From the NCBI GenBank assembly GCA_000025185.1, contig CP001848.1, forward strand, positions 4,260,001 to 4,292,000: DNA of 32,000 nt, given 5' to 3'. Positions 1-7,684 of this stretch are shown here, one piece after another. Position numbers and translations under genes: made by a program. Numbering within the stretch: position 1 is the stretch's first letter; the number at the start of each line of letters is the position of its first letter. The notes beneath the pieces are model-generated. The model was not told the DNA's origin, did not search any database, and was given only the letters and a program-made list of their open reading frames with translations. This DNA is from Pirellula staleyi DSM 6068 (lineage in GTDB: Bacteria > Planctomycetota > Planctomycetia > Pirellulales > Pirellulaceae).

Positions 1-1
1 A

Positions 2-670
2 CTTCTCAATGGCGACTGCATGACGGTGACAGGTAAGACGATTGGCGAGAATCTGTCGAGTGTCAATGGTCTGGCGGAAGGGCAGCGGGTGATTCATCCT
101 GTCGAGAAGCCGATCAAGGAATCGGGCCACATCCGAATCATGCGTGGCAACTTCTGCCCCGATGGGGCCGTGGCCAAGATCACCGGAAAAGAAGGTCTGG
201 TGTTCACCGGACCTGCTCGTGTCTTCGACAGCGAAGAAGCAATGCTCACCGGACTCGAGAAAGGTCAGATCCAAAAGGGAGATGTCATCATCATTCGGTA
301 CGAAGGTCCCAAGGGTGGACCTGGTATGCCCGAAATGCTGACTCCTACATCGGCGATCATGGGAGCGGGACTCGGCAGCGATGTAGCACTCATTACCGAC
401 GGCCGCTTCAGCGGTGGATCGCACGGCTTTATCGTCGGACACGTCACTCCCGAAGCACAAGAAGGTGGCCCGATTGCGCTGGTGAACGATGGTGACTCGA
501 TCACGATCAACGCCGAGTCGAATCTCATCACGGTTGCCGTGTCGGATGCGGAATTCGCAGCTCGAAAAGCAAAGTGGAAGCAGCCACCCTATAAGTCGAC
601 GCGCGGCACGCTCTACAAGTACATCAAGAACGTGAAGTCTGCCTCGGAAGGGTGCGTTACCGACGAATAA
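2..670 (+). CDS. ilvD: Dihydroxy-acid dehydratase, C-terminal part (5' end lies outside the window)
   Basis: The reading frame is open to the window edge. The translation [18 protein letters not shown]...[26 protein letters not shown]...[31 protein letters not shown]...[18 protein letters not shown] matches the conserved C-terminal half of IlvD/Edd-family dehydratases. Confidence 0.92.
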   Translation, partial: LLNGDCMTVTGKTIGENLSSVNGLAEGQRVIHPVEKPIKESGHIRIMRGNFCPDGAVAKITGKEGLVFTGPARVFDSEEAMLTGLEKGQIQKGDVIIIRYEGPKGGPGMPEMLTPTSAIMGAGLGSDVALITDGRFSGGSHGFIVGHVTPEAQEGGPIALVNDGDSITINAESNLITVAVSDAEFAARKAKWKQPPYKSTRGTLYKYIKNVKSASEGCVTDE

Positions 671-714
671 AGTTCGATCTTAAGAAACTTCGTAGTCCTC
701 GCCTAAAAACAGAG

Positions 715-752
715 AGCCCTCGATTGGCAGTTTGCTGATCGAGGGCTTTTTC
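715..752. terminator. Bidirectional rho-independent terminator between ilvD and the convergent ABC permease gene
   Basis: There is a perfect 10-bp stem, AGCCCTCGAT (715-724) pairing with ATCGAGGGCT (738-747), around a 13-nt loop. It is followed by TTTTT on the + strand and preceded by AAAAAC, which gives a U-run for the minus-strand transcript. Confidence 0.65.
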
Positions 753-848
753 GTAGGTGTTTTTTGCGAGTGTGGAGGTGGGCACTGTTCCCCAAGCAGA
801 CATAGACAAGGAAGTTGTCTAGCACGATCAAGGGCCATGGGTGAAGCG

Positions 849-2399
849 CTAGTGTCCTGCTTTCACACGCAGACCGGCAGGGATGATGAACCGCTCGGCG
901 TAGCCAAACAGGGCGTCGACCACGGTGGCCAAAATCGCTGCAGGGACAGCACCTTGCAGGAGCAAACCAACATCGTTGAGGCGAATGCCGGTCAGGATCG
1001 GCTGGCCATAACCTCCCGCTCCAATCAGCGCTCCGATGGTGGCCGCACCGACATTGATGACAGCGGCGGTTTTGATCCCCGACAGGATCGATCGCGAAGC
1101 CAGCGGAAGTTCGACTTGCCAAAGCTGGGCGCGCTGATCGAGTCCAAGGACCGTGGCACTTTCGCGCAAGTTGGCTGGAATATCGCGCAGCCCCGTGTAG
1201 GTGCTCCGAACAATGGGGAGCAAGCTGTAGAGGAAGAGAGCCGCGATGGCAGGGAGCGCGCCAAGTCCTAGGAGAGGGATCATGAAGACAAGCACTGCCA
1301 GCGAGGGGAGCGTTTGAATGATCCCCACCGCGCCAAGAATGACGTAGCCCAATTTGGGGTAGCGGAAGGAGGCGATCCCCAGCGGAATCGCAATCACGAT
1401 GGCGGCGAATAACGAGATCGCGACGAGTCGCAAGTGCTCCAGTGTGGTGCGCAGCAGATCGCGAGCCAGTTTGCCCCAGCGACTATCGGTTGGCAAATCG
1501 ATCTGCATGCCAAGGTTGGCGTTCAGGAATTCAGCCGCCACGCGCGTCTCGTCCACTTGATCGATCTGCACGCGCGCGTTCATCTCCGACATCGCTTGGT
1601 TGTCGATTTTGCCTTCGAGACGGGAGACAACTTCGATGAACTGCGGCGCGGTTGTTTCAAGCTCTTTCCGATAGAGCGGTACGCAGTAGTAGACCGGAAA
1701 AAAGCCGAGATCATCTTCAAGCACGCGGAGTTTGTAGTACTTCACCTCGGCATCGGTCGAGTAGATGTCGGTAAGATCGATCGTGCCACTTTCGAGCCCG
1801 CGATATGCAAGATTGTGATCCATGCCAGTCACTTTGAATGGCAGGGAATAACGCTCTTGAAGTCCAGGCCAGCCATCGGCCCGTTGAATGAATTCGTCAC
1901 TCACCCCGAGCTTCAGTTTGGCAACTTGGGGGTTGGTTAGGGCAAGTGATGTGAGATCGGAAATCGACTGGATGCCGAGCGCTTCGGCGCGCGATTCTTT
2001 CATCCCCAGGGCATAGGTGTTATTGAACCCGAGGGGCTTCCCCATACGAATTCCTTTTGCCGCCAGCGCCGCGCGCAGCTCGTCGTCGTTGCGGATCAAG
2101 ACCCCATCGAAAATCTCTTTGATGAGAGTGCCGGTGTAGTCGAAATAGAAATCGATTTCGCCACTCCGAAGCGCTTCGTACAAAATACGTGTCCCACCCA
2201 GCTCAGCTCGATGCTGTGTCTCGATACCCGCGTCCTCGGCGAGCAATACGGCCATTTCGCCCAAGATAATGGGTTCGTTATAAGACTTTGAACCGATGAT
2301 GATCCGCCGCAGAGGCAGGCGGTTCTCTTGTGCGTCGACAGTGGTTAGCGAGAGCAGGCCAATTATCGCCAGCACCAGCAAAAACAAGTTCATTTTCAT
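849..2399 (-). CDS. ABC transporter, fused substrate-binding (N-terminal) and permease (C-terminal) protein, glycine betaine/choline/carnitine (OpuC/OpuB-like) family
   Basis: The 516-aa product has an N-terminal signal sequence, MKMNLFLLVLAIIGLLSLTTVDAQ. A roughly 290-aa OpuAC-type binding domain follows (IIIGSKSYNEPIILGEM...GGTRILYEAL..GEIDFYFDYTG). The C-terminal portion has about 5 TM segments with an ABC permease EAA-like loop (ESATVLGLDQRAQLWQVELPLA). Its start overlaps the upstream ATPase stop by 4 nt (ATGA). Confidence 0.85.
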   Translation of the reverse strand: MKMNLFLLVLAIIGLLSLTTVDAQENRLPLRRIIIGSKSYNEPIILGEMAVLLAEDAGIETQHRAELGGTRILYEALRSGEIDFYFDYTGTLIKEIFDGVLIRNDDELRAALAAKGIRMGKPLGFNNTYALGMKESRAEALGIQSISDLTSLALTNPQVAKLKLGVSDEFIQRADGWPGLQERYSLPFKVTGMDHNLAYRGLESGTIDLTDIYSTDAEVKYYKLRVLEDDLGFFPVYYCVPLYRKELETTAPQFIEVVSRLEGKIDNQAMSEMNARVQIDQVDETRVAAEFLNANLGMQIDLPTDSRWGKLARDLLRTTLEHLRLVAISLFAAIVIAIPLGIASFRYPKLGYVILGAVGIIQTLPSLAVLVFMIPLLGLGALPAIAALFLYSLLPIVRSTYTGLRDIPANLRESATVLGLDQRAQLWQVELPLASRSILSGIKTAAVINVGAATIGALIGAGGYGQPILTGIRLNDVGLLLQGAVPAAILATVVDALFGYAERFIIPAGLRVKAGH

Positions 2400-3151
2400 G
2401 GCGAAGGTGCTCCAGTCGAGGCAATTTCAGGGAGCCGTTGCGAGCGAACGAATCGCGAAACAAATTCATCAGAAGGGGTCTTGATCAGGTCGTCGAGCGT
2501 GCCGCGCTGAACGATCCGGCCGCCACCCAGCAGCAGCACTTCGTCGCCAAAGAAGCCCGCTTCACCCATGTCGTGCGTTACAATGACCACCGTCTTATGG
2601 AGCGTCTGAAAAATCTTTCGCAGATCCTCTTGCAAGTCGTAACGGACCAGTGGATCGAGGGCTCCCATCGGCTCGTCGAGAAGAATCACCGCTGGGTCGA
2701 GCATCAGTGCTCGCATAATTCCCACACGCTGACGCTGCCCACCCGACAGCTGCGCGGGAAACTTGTCGAGTGCGACTTTGGGAAGGCGCGTCAAATCGGC
2801 AAGTTCTTCGACGCGGCTGTTGGCTTTGCTTTTGTCCCAGCCGAGATGCCGCGCGAGCAGGCTGGTATTGTCGCGAGCCGAGAGATGGGGAAAGAGCCCG
2901 CCATCTTGAATGACGTACCCCATTCTGCGACGAAAAGTAAGCAGGTTTTTGGCGGTGAGGACTTGGCCGTCAAAGTACACCTCGCCTTCATCGGGCAAGA
3001 TCAGCCCAATCATCAGCCGCAGGATTGTGCTCTTTCCGCAACCACTCGGACCAATCAGCACCGTGCACTTGCCGGGCGTAAGCTTCAGCGAAGTTGGCTG
3101 CAGTACCTGGGTGCCGGCGAATGATTTGGCGACATTTTTGAGTTCGATCAT
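2396..3151 (-). CDS. ABC transporter ATP-binding protein (osmoprotectant-uptake type, without C-terminal CBS domains)
   Basis: Walker A is GPSGCGKST, the ABC signature is LSGGQRQRVGIMRAL, Walker B is ILLDEPMGALD and the H-loop is VTHD. The protein is only 251 aa, so the tandem CBS module of OpuAA/OpuCA-type ATPases is absent. It is translationally coupled to the permease gene. Confidence 0.9.
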   Translation of the reverse strand: MIELKNVAKSFAGTQVLQPTSLKLTPGKCTVLIGPSGCGKSTILRLMIGLILPDEGEVYFDGQVLTAKNLLTFRRRMGYVIQDGGLFPHLSARDNTSLLARHLGWDKSKANSRVEELADLTRLPKVALDKFPAQLSGGQRQRVGIMRALMLDPAVILLDEPMGALDPLVRYDLQEDLRKIFQTLHKTVVIVTHDMGEAGFFGDEVLLLGGGRIVQRGTLDDLIKTPSDEFVSRFVRSQRLPEIASTGAPSP

Positions 3152-3181
3152 GCTGTCCGCTGTGGCGAAGGGAAAGTGAAC

Positions 3182-4393
3182 TTAAAGAAGCGGAAAATGC
3201 GAAGTTCGTGAAGCATTGATTTCGTCGAGCAGCCCTTGCACAGCTTGTTCGAGGCGGTCGGTCATTGCGGCGACTGCGTTTCGCTGATCGCGCTGCTTGG
3301 GAACCTCGATCGGTTCACCAAAACGGACCACCGCGTGACGTTCGCCCCGAATTCCAGGGTAGGCCTGCTGCAAAACGTCTTCTTCAAATTTGTCGATGGT
3401 TTCAGCAGCTCGCTCGATTGTCGCTTTTTGGGCGAGGTAGTTCGTCGGATAGCTGAACAGCTGCGTCACAAAAAAGAGATCATCCATCGCGTCGATGAGC
3501 GAGCGACGTGTCGCTTCGGTGAGGTCGGGTTGCTCTAAACGCTTGATGATCTCGCGGCGCACATCTTTCACGCGCTCGGGAACGATACCTCCTGCACTCG
3601 TAACTTGGTAAGTGCTTTCGAGCTGATGGAGAATGAAGTTGTTGAGCCCCTGAATTCGCTCCGCAAGTGTTCCTGATTGCTGTTTGCCGAGGTACTCGAT
3701 TTCCTTGAGGGTGAGGATCCCTTCGGCATAAAAGAAGATGCGCTGATCGAGTGGCAAGCCAGCGCGAGGTCGCCAAGTGAAACGCTGCTCAAGGCGGGTC
3801 ATCACATCGGCAAGTTCCTGGGCGGGGTTCTTCACGTAGAAGCACTTCAGCGCTACAGGCAAACAAACGATTTTGCGTTCCACTTTTTTCGACGCCGACA
3901 TCGCGATGGCAGCAGCACCTTCGCGAAACGGGGTCACGCGATCGTTGCTGTGGTAAATGTCTCCCTCCGGAAAAACCACCAGTGGTTGTTTCGAGACACT
4001 GAGGATCTCGACCGATTGTTTGAACGCTTTGAGGTCAGCCGCCTCGCGGTTGATGCTGAAACAGCCGTGCCACTGCAGCACTTTTTGCTCGAGAGGCTTG
4101 CTCATGGCAAAGACTTGCCACGCGCTGAGGAAATGAAACGGCTGGCCGACCCGATGAGCTGTCTCGATTAGCACGTAAGAGTCGTAGTGAAACGAATGGT
4201 TAGGCGTGACCATGATGCCGCAGTTCTCAGCGATCGCCTGCTGCGGGTGCTCGATCCCTTGCACTTCGATTTGCGTGATGCGTTGCCCGCGCCGTAGTTC
4301 GCGATTGATCAGCGGACGCCAGAGCTTCACGATCCAGGGAGTCATTTGCGGCTCCCACCACCGAGGCGGCGTCTGGTACGGCTGGCGATTCAT
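3182..4393 (-). CDS. Lysophospholipid/glycerol-3-phosphate acyltransferase family protein (PlsC-like catalytic domain plus about 200-aa C-terminal extension)
   Basis: The acyltransferase motif I HxxxxD is present (VTPNHSFHYDSYV) and motif III is FPEG (VVFPEGDIYHSNDR). The track ORF runs to a GTG at 4507. I prefer the first ATG at 4393 (MNRQPYQTPPRWW), because the 38 residues before it look non-conserved. The gene ends 30 bp upstream of the ABC ATPase gene on the same strand. Confidence 0.7.
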   Translation of the reverse strand: MNRQPYQTPPRWWEPQMTPWIVKLWRPLINRELRRGQRITQIEVQGIEHPQQAIAENCGIMVTPNHSFHYDSYVLIETAHRVGQPFHFLSAWQVFAMSKPLEQKVLQWHGCFSINREAADLKAFKQSVEILSVSKQPLVVFPEGDIYHSNDRVTPFREGAAAIAMSASKKVERKIVCLPVALKCFYVKNPAQELADVMTRLEQRFTWRPRAGLPLDQRIFFYAEGILTLKEIEYLGKQQSGTLAERIQGLNNFILHQLESTYQVTSAGGIVPERVKDVRREIIKRLEQPDLTEATRRSLIDAMDDLFFVTQLFSYPTNYLAQKATIERAAETIDKFEEDVLQQAYPGIRGERHAVVRFGEPIEVPKQRDQRNAVAAMTDRLEQAVQGLLDEINASRTSHFPLL

Positions 4394-4968
4394 GAGTTGC
4401 GGCTCAGAAGAGGGGGCAGCATGTCGGAGCGGCTGAAGTCTAGAAGCACTTTCAGGGGGAAGCAAGATGCGCAGGGATGGGATGAAGCAGTCCCGGGCTA
4501 AGTGCACGGAAAAAATGCAACAAATACCCTTAAGCCTTGCAGGGCGGATAGCCGCCTCAAAATTTATTGCATAACCGCAGGCATTACTAAGGGAAAATTA
4601 ATTTCCTTTTGACGCAAGAAAATTCTTGGATTTTCAAATTAACGGCAGCATGTATCGATGGTTTAGTCGTTCGCTATTGAGACCATTGAAGTCGTGCGTC
4701 AGCGCATCAGCTTAGTCGCTGAACGGGCTAAGGGCTTCGCAGGGCTCGCTAATCGCTTCTAAGGTGGGCTTAGTGCCATTTGTTTTTTGCGATACCTCAA
4801 AATTTTGTTGCTTTTACGCTTGATTTGAGATCGGCGTTTTTCGATGATTCCCAGGAAGTCGGGGTTACATACCTGATCCTTTGCCCCGGCTGTGCGCTTT
4901 CGCGCCTTTTTGATTTGGCTTTCGCACGTTTTTTCTTTATTCCTTACGTTCTTGCAGGAGTGCGGATT

Positions 4969-6054
4969 ATGTCCTACGGTCTCTCGCCGCGCCGGTGGCG
5001 GGCAGCGGGCTTTACGCTCGTCGAACTGCTCGTCGTTATCGCCATCATTGGGGTTCTGGTAGCCCTGCTACTACCAGCTGTCCAAGCAGCACGCGAGGCG
5101 GCTCGCCGCTCGGAGTGTCTCAACAATCTGAAGCAGTTTGGTCTGTCGGTACACAACTTCCACGACACCAACAATCGTTTGCCACCCGCCGGTGCCAACG
5201 ATGAAGCACCCAACTTCGGGCGTGGTCCTGCGGGGGACCGCTGGGGTTCGTCGTGGTTTGTGTATGTCCTGCCGTTCATGGAACAAGGAACGATGTTCGA
5301 CAAGTTCCGTTTCGACGGGAGCGGGTCGGGCTGGGGAGCCGACGCGGGGCACAACGTCACGCAAGCGCAAAACGCCAAGATCAAGAACTTCATCTGCCCT
5401 TCGTCGCCACTGAGCATCTGGTGCCGCGGACCTTACAACGGCGTTCGCGAAATCCAGGCTCCTCACTATGTGGCCATCGCTGGTGGTGCTGCTAACCTGC
5501 TTCCCACCGCCACCTATAACGAAACTCGCATCAACACAGGTGGATCGACCGCCGGTTGCTGCACTGGTGGGCATCACAGCTCAAGCGGTGCGATCATCGC
5601 TGGCGGCACCCACTCGCTGGCTGCTCTGACTGACGGAACCAGCAACGTTTGGATGGTGAGCGAGAACTCGAACTTCGTCTTCACGGTTAGCAACACCAAG
5701 CAAGACTATCGCTCGAGCGCACAGCACGGCTTCATCATTGGCTGGCGTTCGAAATGCACTCCCCCCAGCTGTGGCAACGGAAACGATCAACGTACGTTCA
5801 ACTTCACGACCGTCCGTTATCCCATCAACCACTTCTCGCGCGCCACCGACGGCTTGCCTGATGCTCCAGGCAACTGCGGCACGCATGGCGTTTGCGACAA
5901 CGCCAGCACCAACTATCCGCTCAACTCAGCCCACCCTGGTGGCGTTTGCGTGTTGTCGGCGGATGGATCGGTCCGGTTCGTTTCGCAAACCACCGCGCTC
6001 GACGTAATCGGCCGCTTCGTGCATCGCGACGACGGATTGCCAGTCACGCAGTAA
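4969..6054 (+). CDS. DUF1559 / H-X9-DG family protein with prepilin-type N-terminal cleavage/methylation signal
   Basis: The leader MSYGLSPRRWRAAG|FTLVELLVVIAIIGVLVALLLPAVQAAREAARRSEC has Gly at -1, Phe at +1 and Glu at +5. The C-terminal H-X9-DG motif is HPGGVCVLSADGSVRF. An AGGAG Shine-Dalgarno sits 8 nt before ATG 4969. The upstream part of the track ORF (TTG 4780) reads as a non-protein-like extension. Confidence 0.88.
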   Translation: MSYGLSPRRWRAAGFTLVELLVVIAIIGVLVALLLPAVQAAREAARRSECLNNLKQFGLSVHNFHDTNNRLPPAGANDEAPNFGRGPAGDRWGSSWFVYVLPFMEQGTMFDKFRFDGSGSGWGADAGHNVTQAQNAKIKNFICPSSPLSIWCRGPYNGVREIQAPHYVAIAGGAANLLPTATYNETRINTGGSTAGCCTGGHHSSSGAIIAGGTHSLAALTDGTSNVWMVSENSNFVFTVSNTKQDYRSSAQHGFIIGWRSKCTPPSCGNGNDQRTFNFTTVRYPINHFSRATDGLPDAPGNCGTHGVCDNASTNYPLNSAHPGGVCVLSADGSVRFVSQTTALDVIGRFVHRDDGLPVTQ

Positions 6055-6156
6055 GCGTTGGTTTCGTCGCATCTCTCTACGACCGCTCCGAGTGCTTGCT
6101 GTGCTCGGAGCGGATTTCGTTGTTTCTGCATCTTTGATTTCTTGGACTTATCTACT

Positions 6157-6573
6157 ATGTCTCAGCCTGCAACGCTCAAGATGATCGTTGGTTGTATTGC
6201 GATCGGATGTCTCGTTCTCGTGGGTTGCGGCGAGCCACCACCTGTGGTCGCACCGGTGAAGGGAATGGTCACTCTCGACGGAAATCCAATGCCCGTGGGA
6301 GAGATTTTGTTTCGAGGGCAGGGGACTCCCAACTCGATGACCCTGAATGTCAACGCCGGGGAATTTGCTGGCGATGTTCAGCCAGGGAAGTACAAAATTG
6401 AGGTCTATTCCTACACCATGATTCAGCCCACTGCGGATGCGACCGGCTACATGCCCAGCGAACCGATTAAACAGAACACCATTCCACCGCAATGGAACAC
6501 CATGAGTGTGGTGGTCATCGATGTCCCTCAAGGTGGCAAAGAGGACTTCAAGTTTGCTGTGACGAGCCGATAA
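6157..6573 (+). CDS. Small lipoprotein with a carboxypeptidase-regulatory-like / transthyretin-like beta-sandwich pattern
   Basis: Starting from ATG 6157 gives a classical lipoprotein signal, MSQPATLKMIVGCIAIGCLVLVG|C. The pattern VKGMVTLDGNPMPVGEILFRG...GEFAGDVQPGKYKIEVY follows, which is typical of small Ig-like 'CarboxypepD_reg'-type domains. It lies directly downstream of the DUF1559 gene, and a strong terminator follows it. Confidence 0.6.
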   Translation: MSQPATLKMIVGCIAIGCLVLVGCGEPPPVVAPVKGMVTLDGNPMPVGEILFRGQGTPNSMTLNVNAGEFAGDVQPGKYKIEVYSYTMIQPTADATGYMPSEPIKQNTIPPQWNTMSVVVIDVPQGGKEDFKFAVTSR

Positions 6574-6633
6574 TTGACTCGTCTCGAGAGCCAATACTCG
6601 ATTCGGACAGCACCCGAGTCGTCCCTAAAACGA

Positions 6634-6670
6634 AAGAGCCGCTGAACGTTGTGTTCAGCGGCTCTTTTTT
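6634..6670. terminator. Strong bidirectional rho-independent terminator
   Basis: A 14-bp perfect stem, AAGAGCCGCTGAAC (6634-6647) pairing with GTTCAGCGGCTCTT (6653-6666), encloses a 5-nt loop. A T-run through 6670 follows it and an A-rich stretch precedes it. It sits between the convergent lipoprotein and DinB-family genes. Confidence 0.75.
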
Positions 6671-6705
6671 CGTAGCTACAGAGCTTTGTCCAGCTTGGTG
6701 TCGGT

Positions 6706-7200
6706 CTATTTTGGCTGCGAGGCCAGGTAGAGATTAAGGGTGATGTGCGACTGGCCTTGGTGGTGAGCCTCGTGCCACCCAATGATGTGCAGCACATCCC
6801 GAATCGTGAGTTTGCGTTCTTTGAACGCTTCGGGAATTATGTTCAGATCCGTTTCACCGAATCCCTTCAGTGTCTCGAGCAAATGTCCGCGGCTCACCTC
6901 GAGCACTTCTCGAATTTGTGCTGCCGAGGGGATGTTGTCGTCGGGAGTGCTCCCCCCTTTGAAACGTGGAACCAGGTCGGCATAGGCGGCTGTTGTTCCG
7001 GGAACCAGACGCTCGGTGGCAAACAGCTCCTCTGTAATCGCAACGTGCATCAATTGCCACCCGATATGGGCGCGCCCTGGAGCAGGACGCCAGCCGAGAA
7101 TTGCTTCACCGGCAGGCTGCTGCAAGATCTTATCCAGCAGTCCGAGCGTACGAACGCGGTTGAACTGAAAACTGGCAACGAGCGAATCAATCGTGCTCAC
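6706..7200 (-). CDS. DinB-family (DinB_2-like) four-helix-bundle metalloprotein
   Basis: The pattern is LVASFQFNRVRTLGLLDKI...GRAHIGWQLMHVAITEE...RDVLHIIGWHEAHHQGQ. The His-rich helices and the C-terminal HEAHHxGQ are typical of DinB/YfiT-like proteins. I prefer GTG 7200, which is preceded by AAAGGA with a 6-nt spacer. The track ORF extends to 7266. Confidence 0.72.
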   Translation of the reverse strand: MSTIDSLVASFQFNRVRTLGLLDKILQQPAGEAILGWRPAPGRAHIGWQLMHVAITEELFATERLVPGTTAAYADLVPRFKGGSTPDDNIPSAAQIREVLEVSRGHLLETLKGFGETDLNIIPEAFKERKLTIRDVLHIIGWHEAHHQGQSHITLNLYLASQPK

Positions 7201-7684
7201 GTAAAATCCTTTCGAAGGCGTGCGGGAGAGACTCGCTGACGGGGTGGCAGAGCTTCGAAACCACATGCTTCATGGCTCTCAACGGCGGCCAGCGAATTGG
7301 CTGACGCCATTCTACGAAACCGAGTCCAGTCGGTGCTCTCTTGTTTGCTGGGGAATAAGACTCGCCACCACGTGAATGAGCAAGATAGTGAATTGCGGCA
7401 AGGCTTGTTTTGCATGTGCTATATAAATGCCATCAGTCCAGAAATGCGTACGTGAAGAATTTGCGAGTATTTTGCGAAATGAAATCGCATTGCAATTGAC
7501 AGGGTATGGCGTCTTGAGTCAGATTAAAAGAGTCAATGGTCGGTCGGACCGCTGAACAGTTTACGCAGGCCTCAAAATTGGTATTCTCCTCGGGAAATTC
7601 CCCTGTGGAGGATATCTTTGATCTCCCACTCCGACCTTGCGCCATTGGCGTTCTTTCTTCGAAAGACTTTGGAAGGTCGGATCC

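Noticed and set aside
2330-3124. 264-aa plus-strand ORF opposite the ABC ATPase gene
   Set aside because: The minus strand carries Walker A, the ABC signature and Walker B. The plus-strand product has no motifs. It is a shadow ORF.
4786-4792. TTTGCGA heptamer shared by the upstream regions of both DUF1559 genes (also at 7471-7477), at similar distances from the start codons
   Set aside because: The same heptamer also occurs inside coding sequence (for example near 5891 and 19268). A 7-mer is expected several times by chance in 32 kb on two strands. That is not enough to call a shared operator.
4780-4968. N-terminal extension of the first DUF1559 ORF (TTG start, 63 extra codons)
   Set aside because: The extension is Phe/Leu-rich and translated from AT-rich spacer. 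ATG 4969 has an AGGAG Shine-Dalgarno and gives the canonical short basic prepilin leader.
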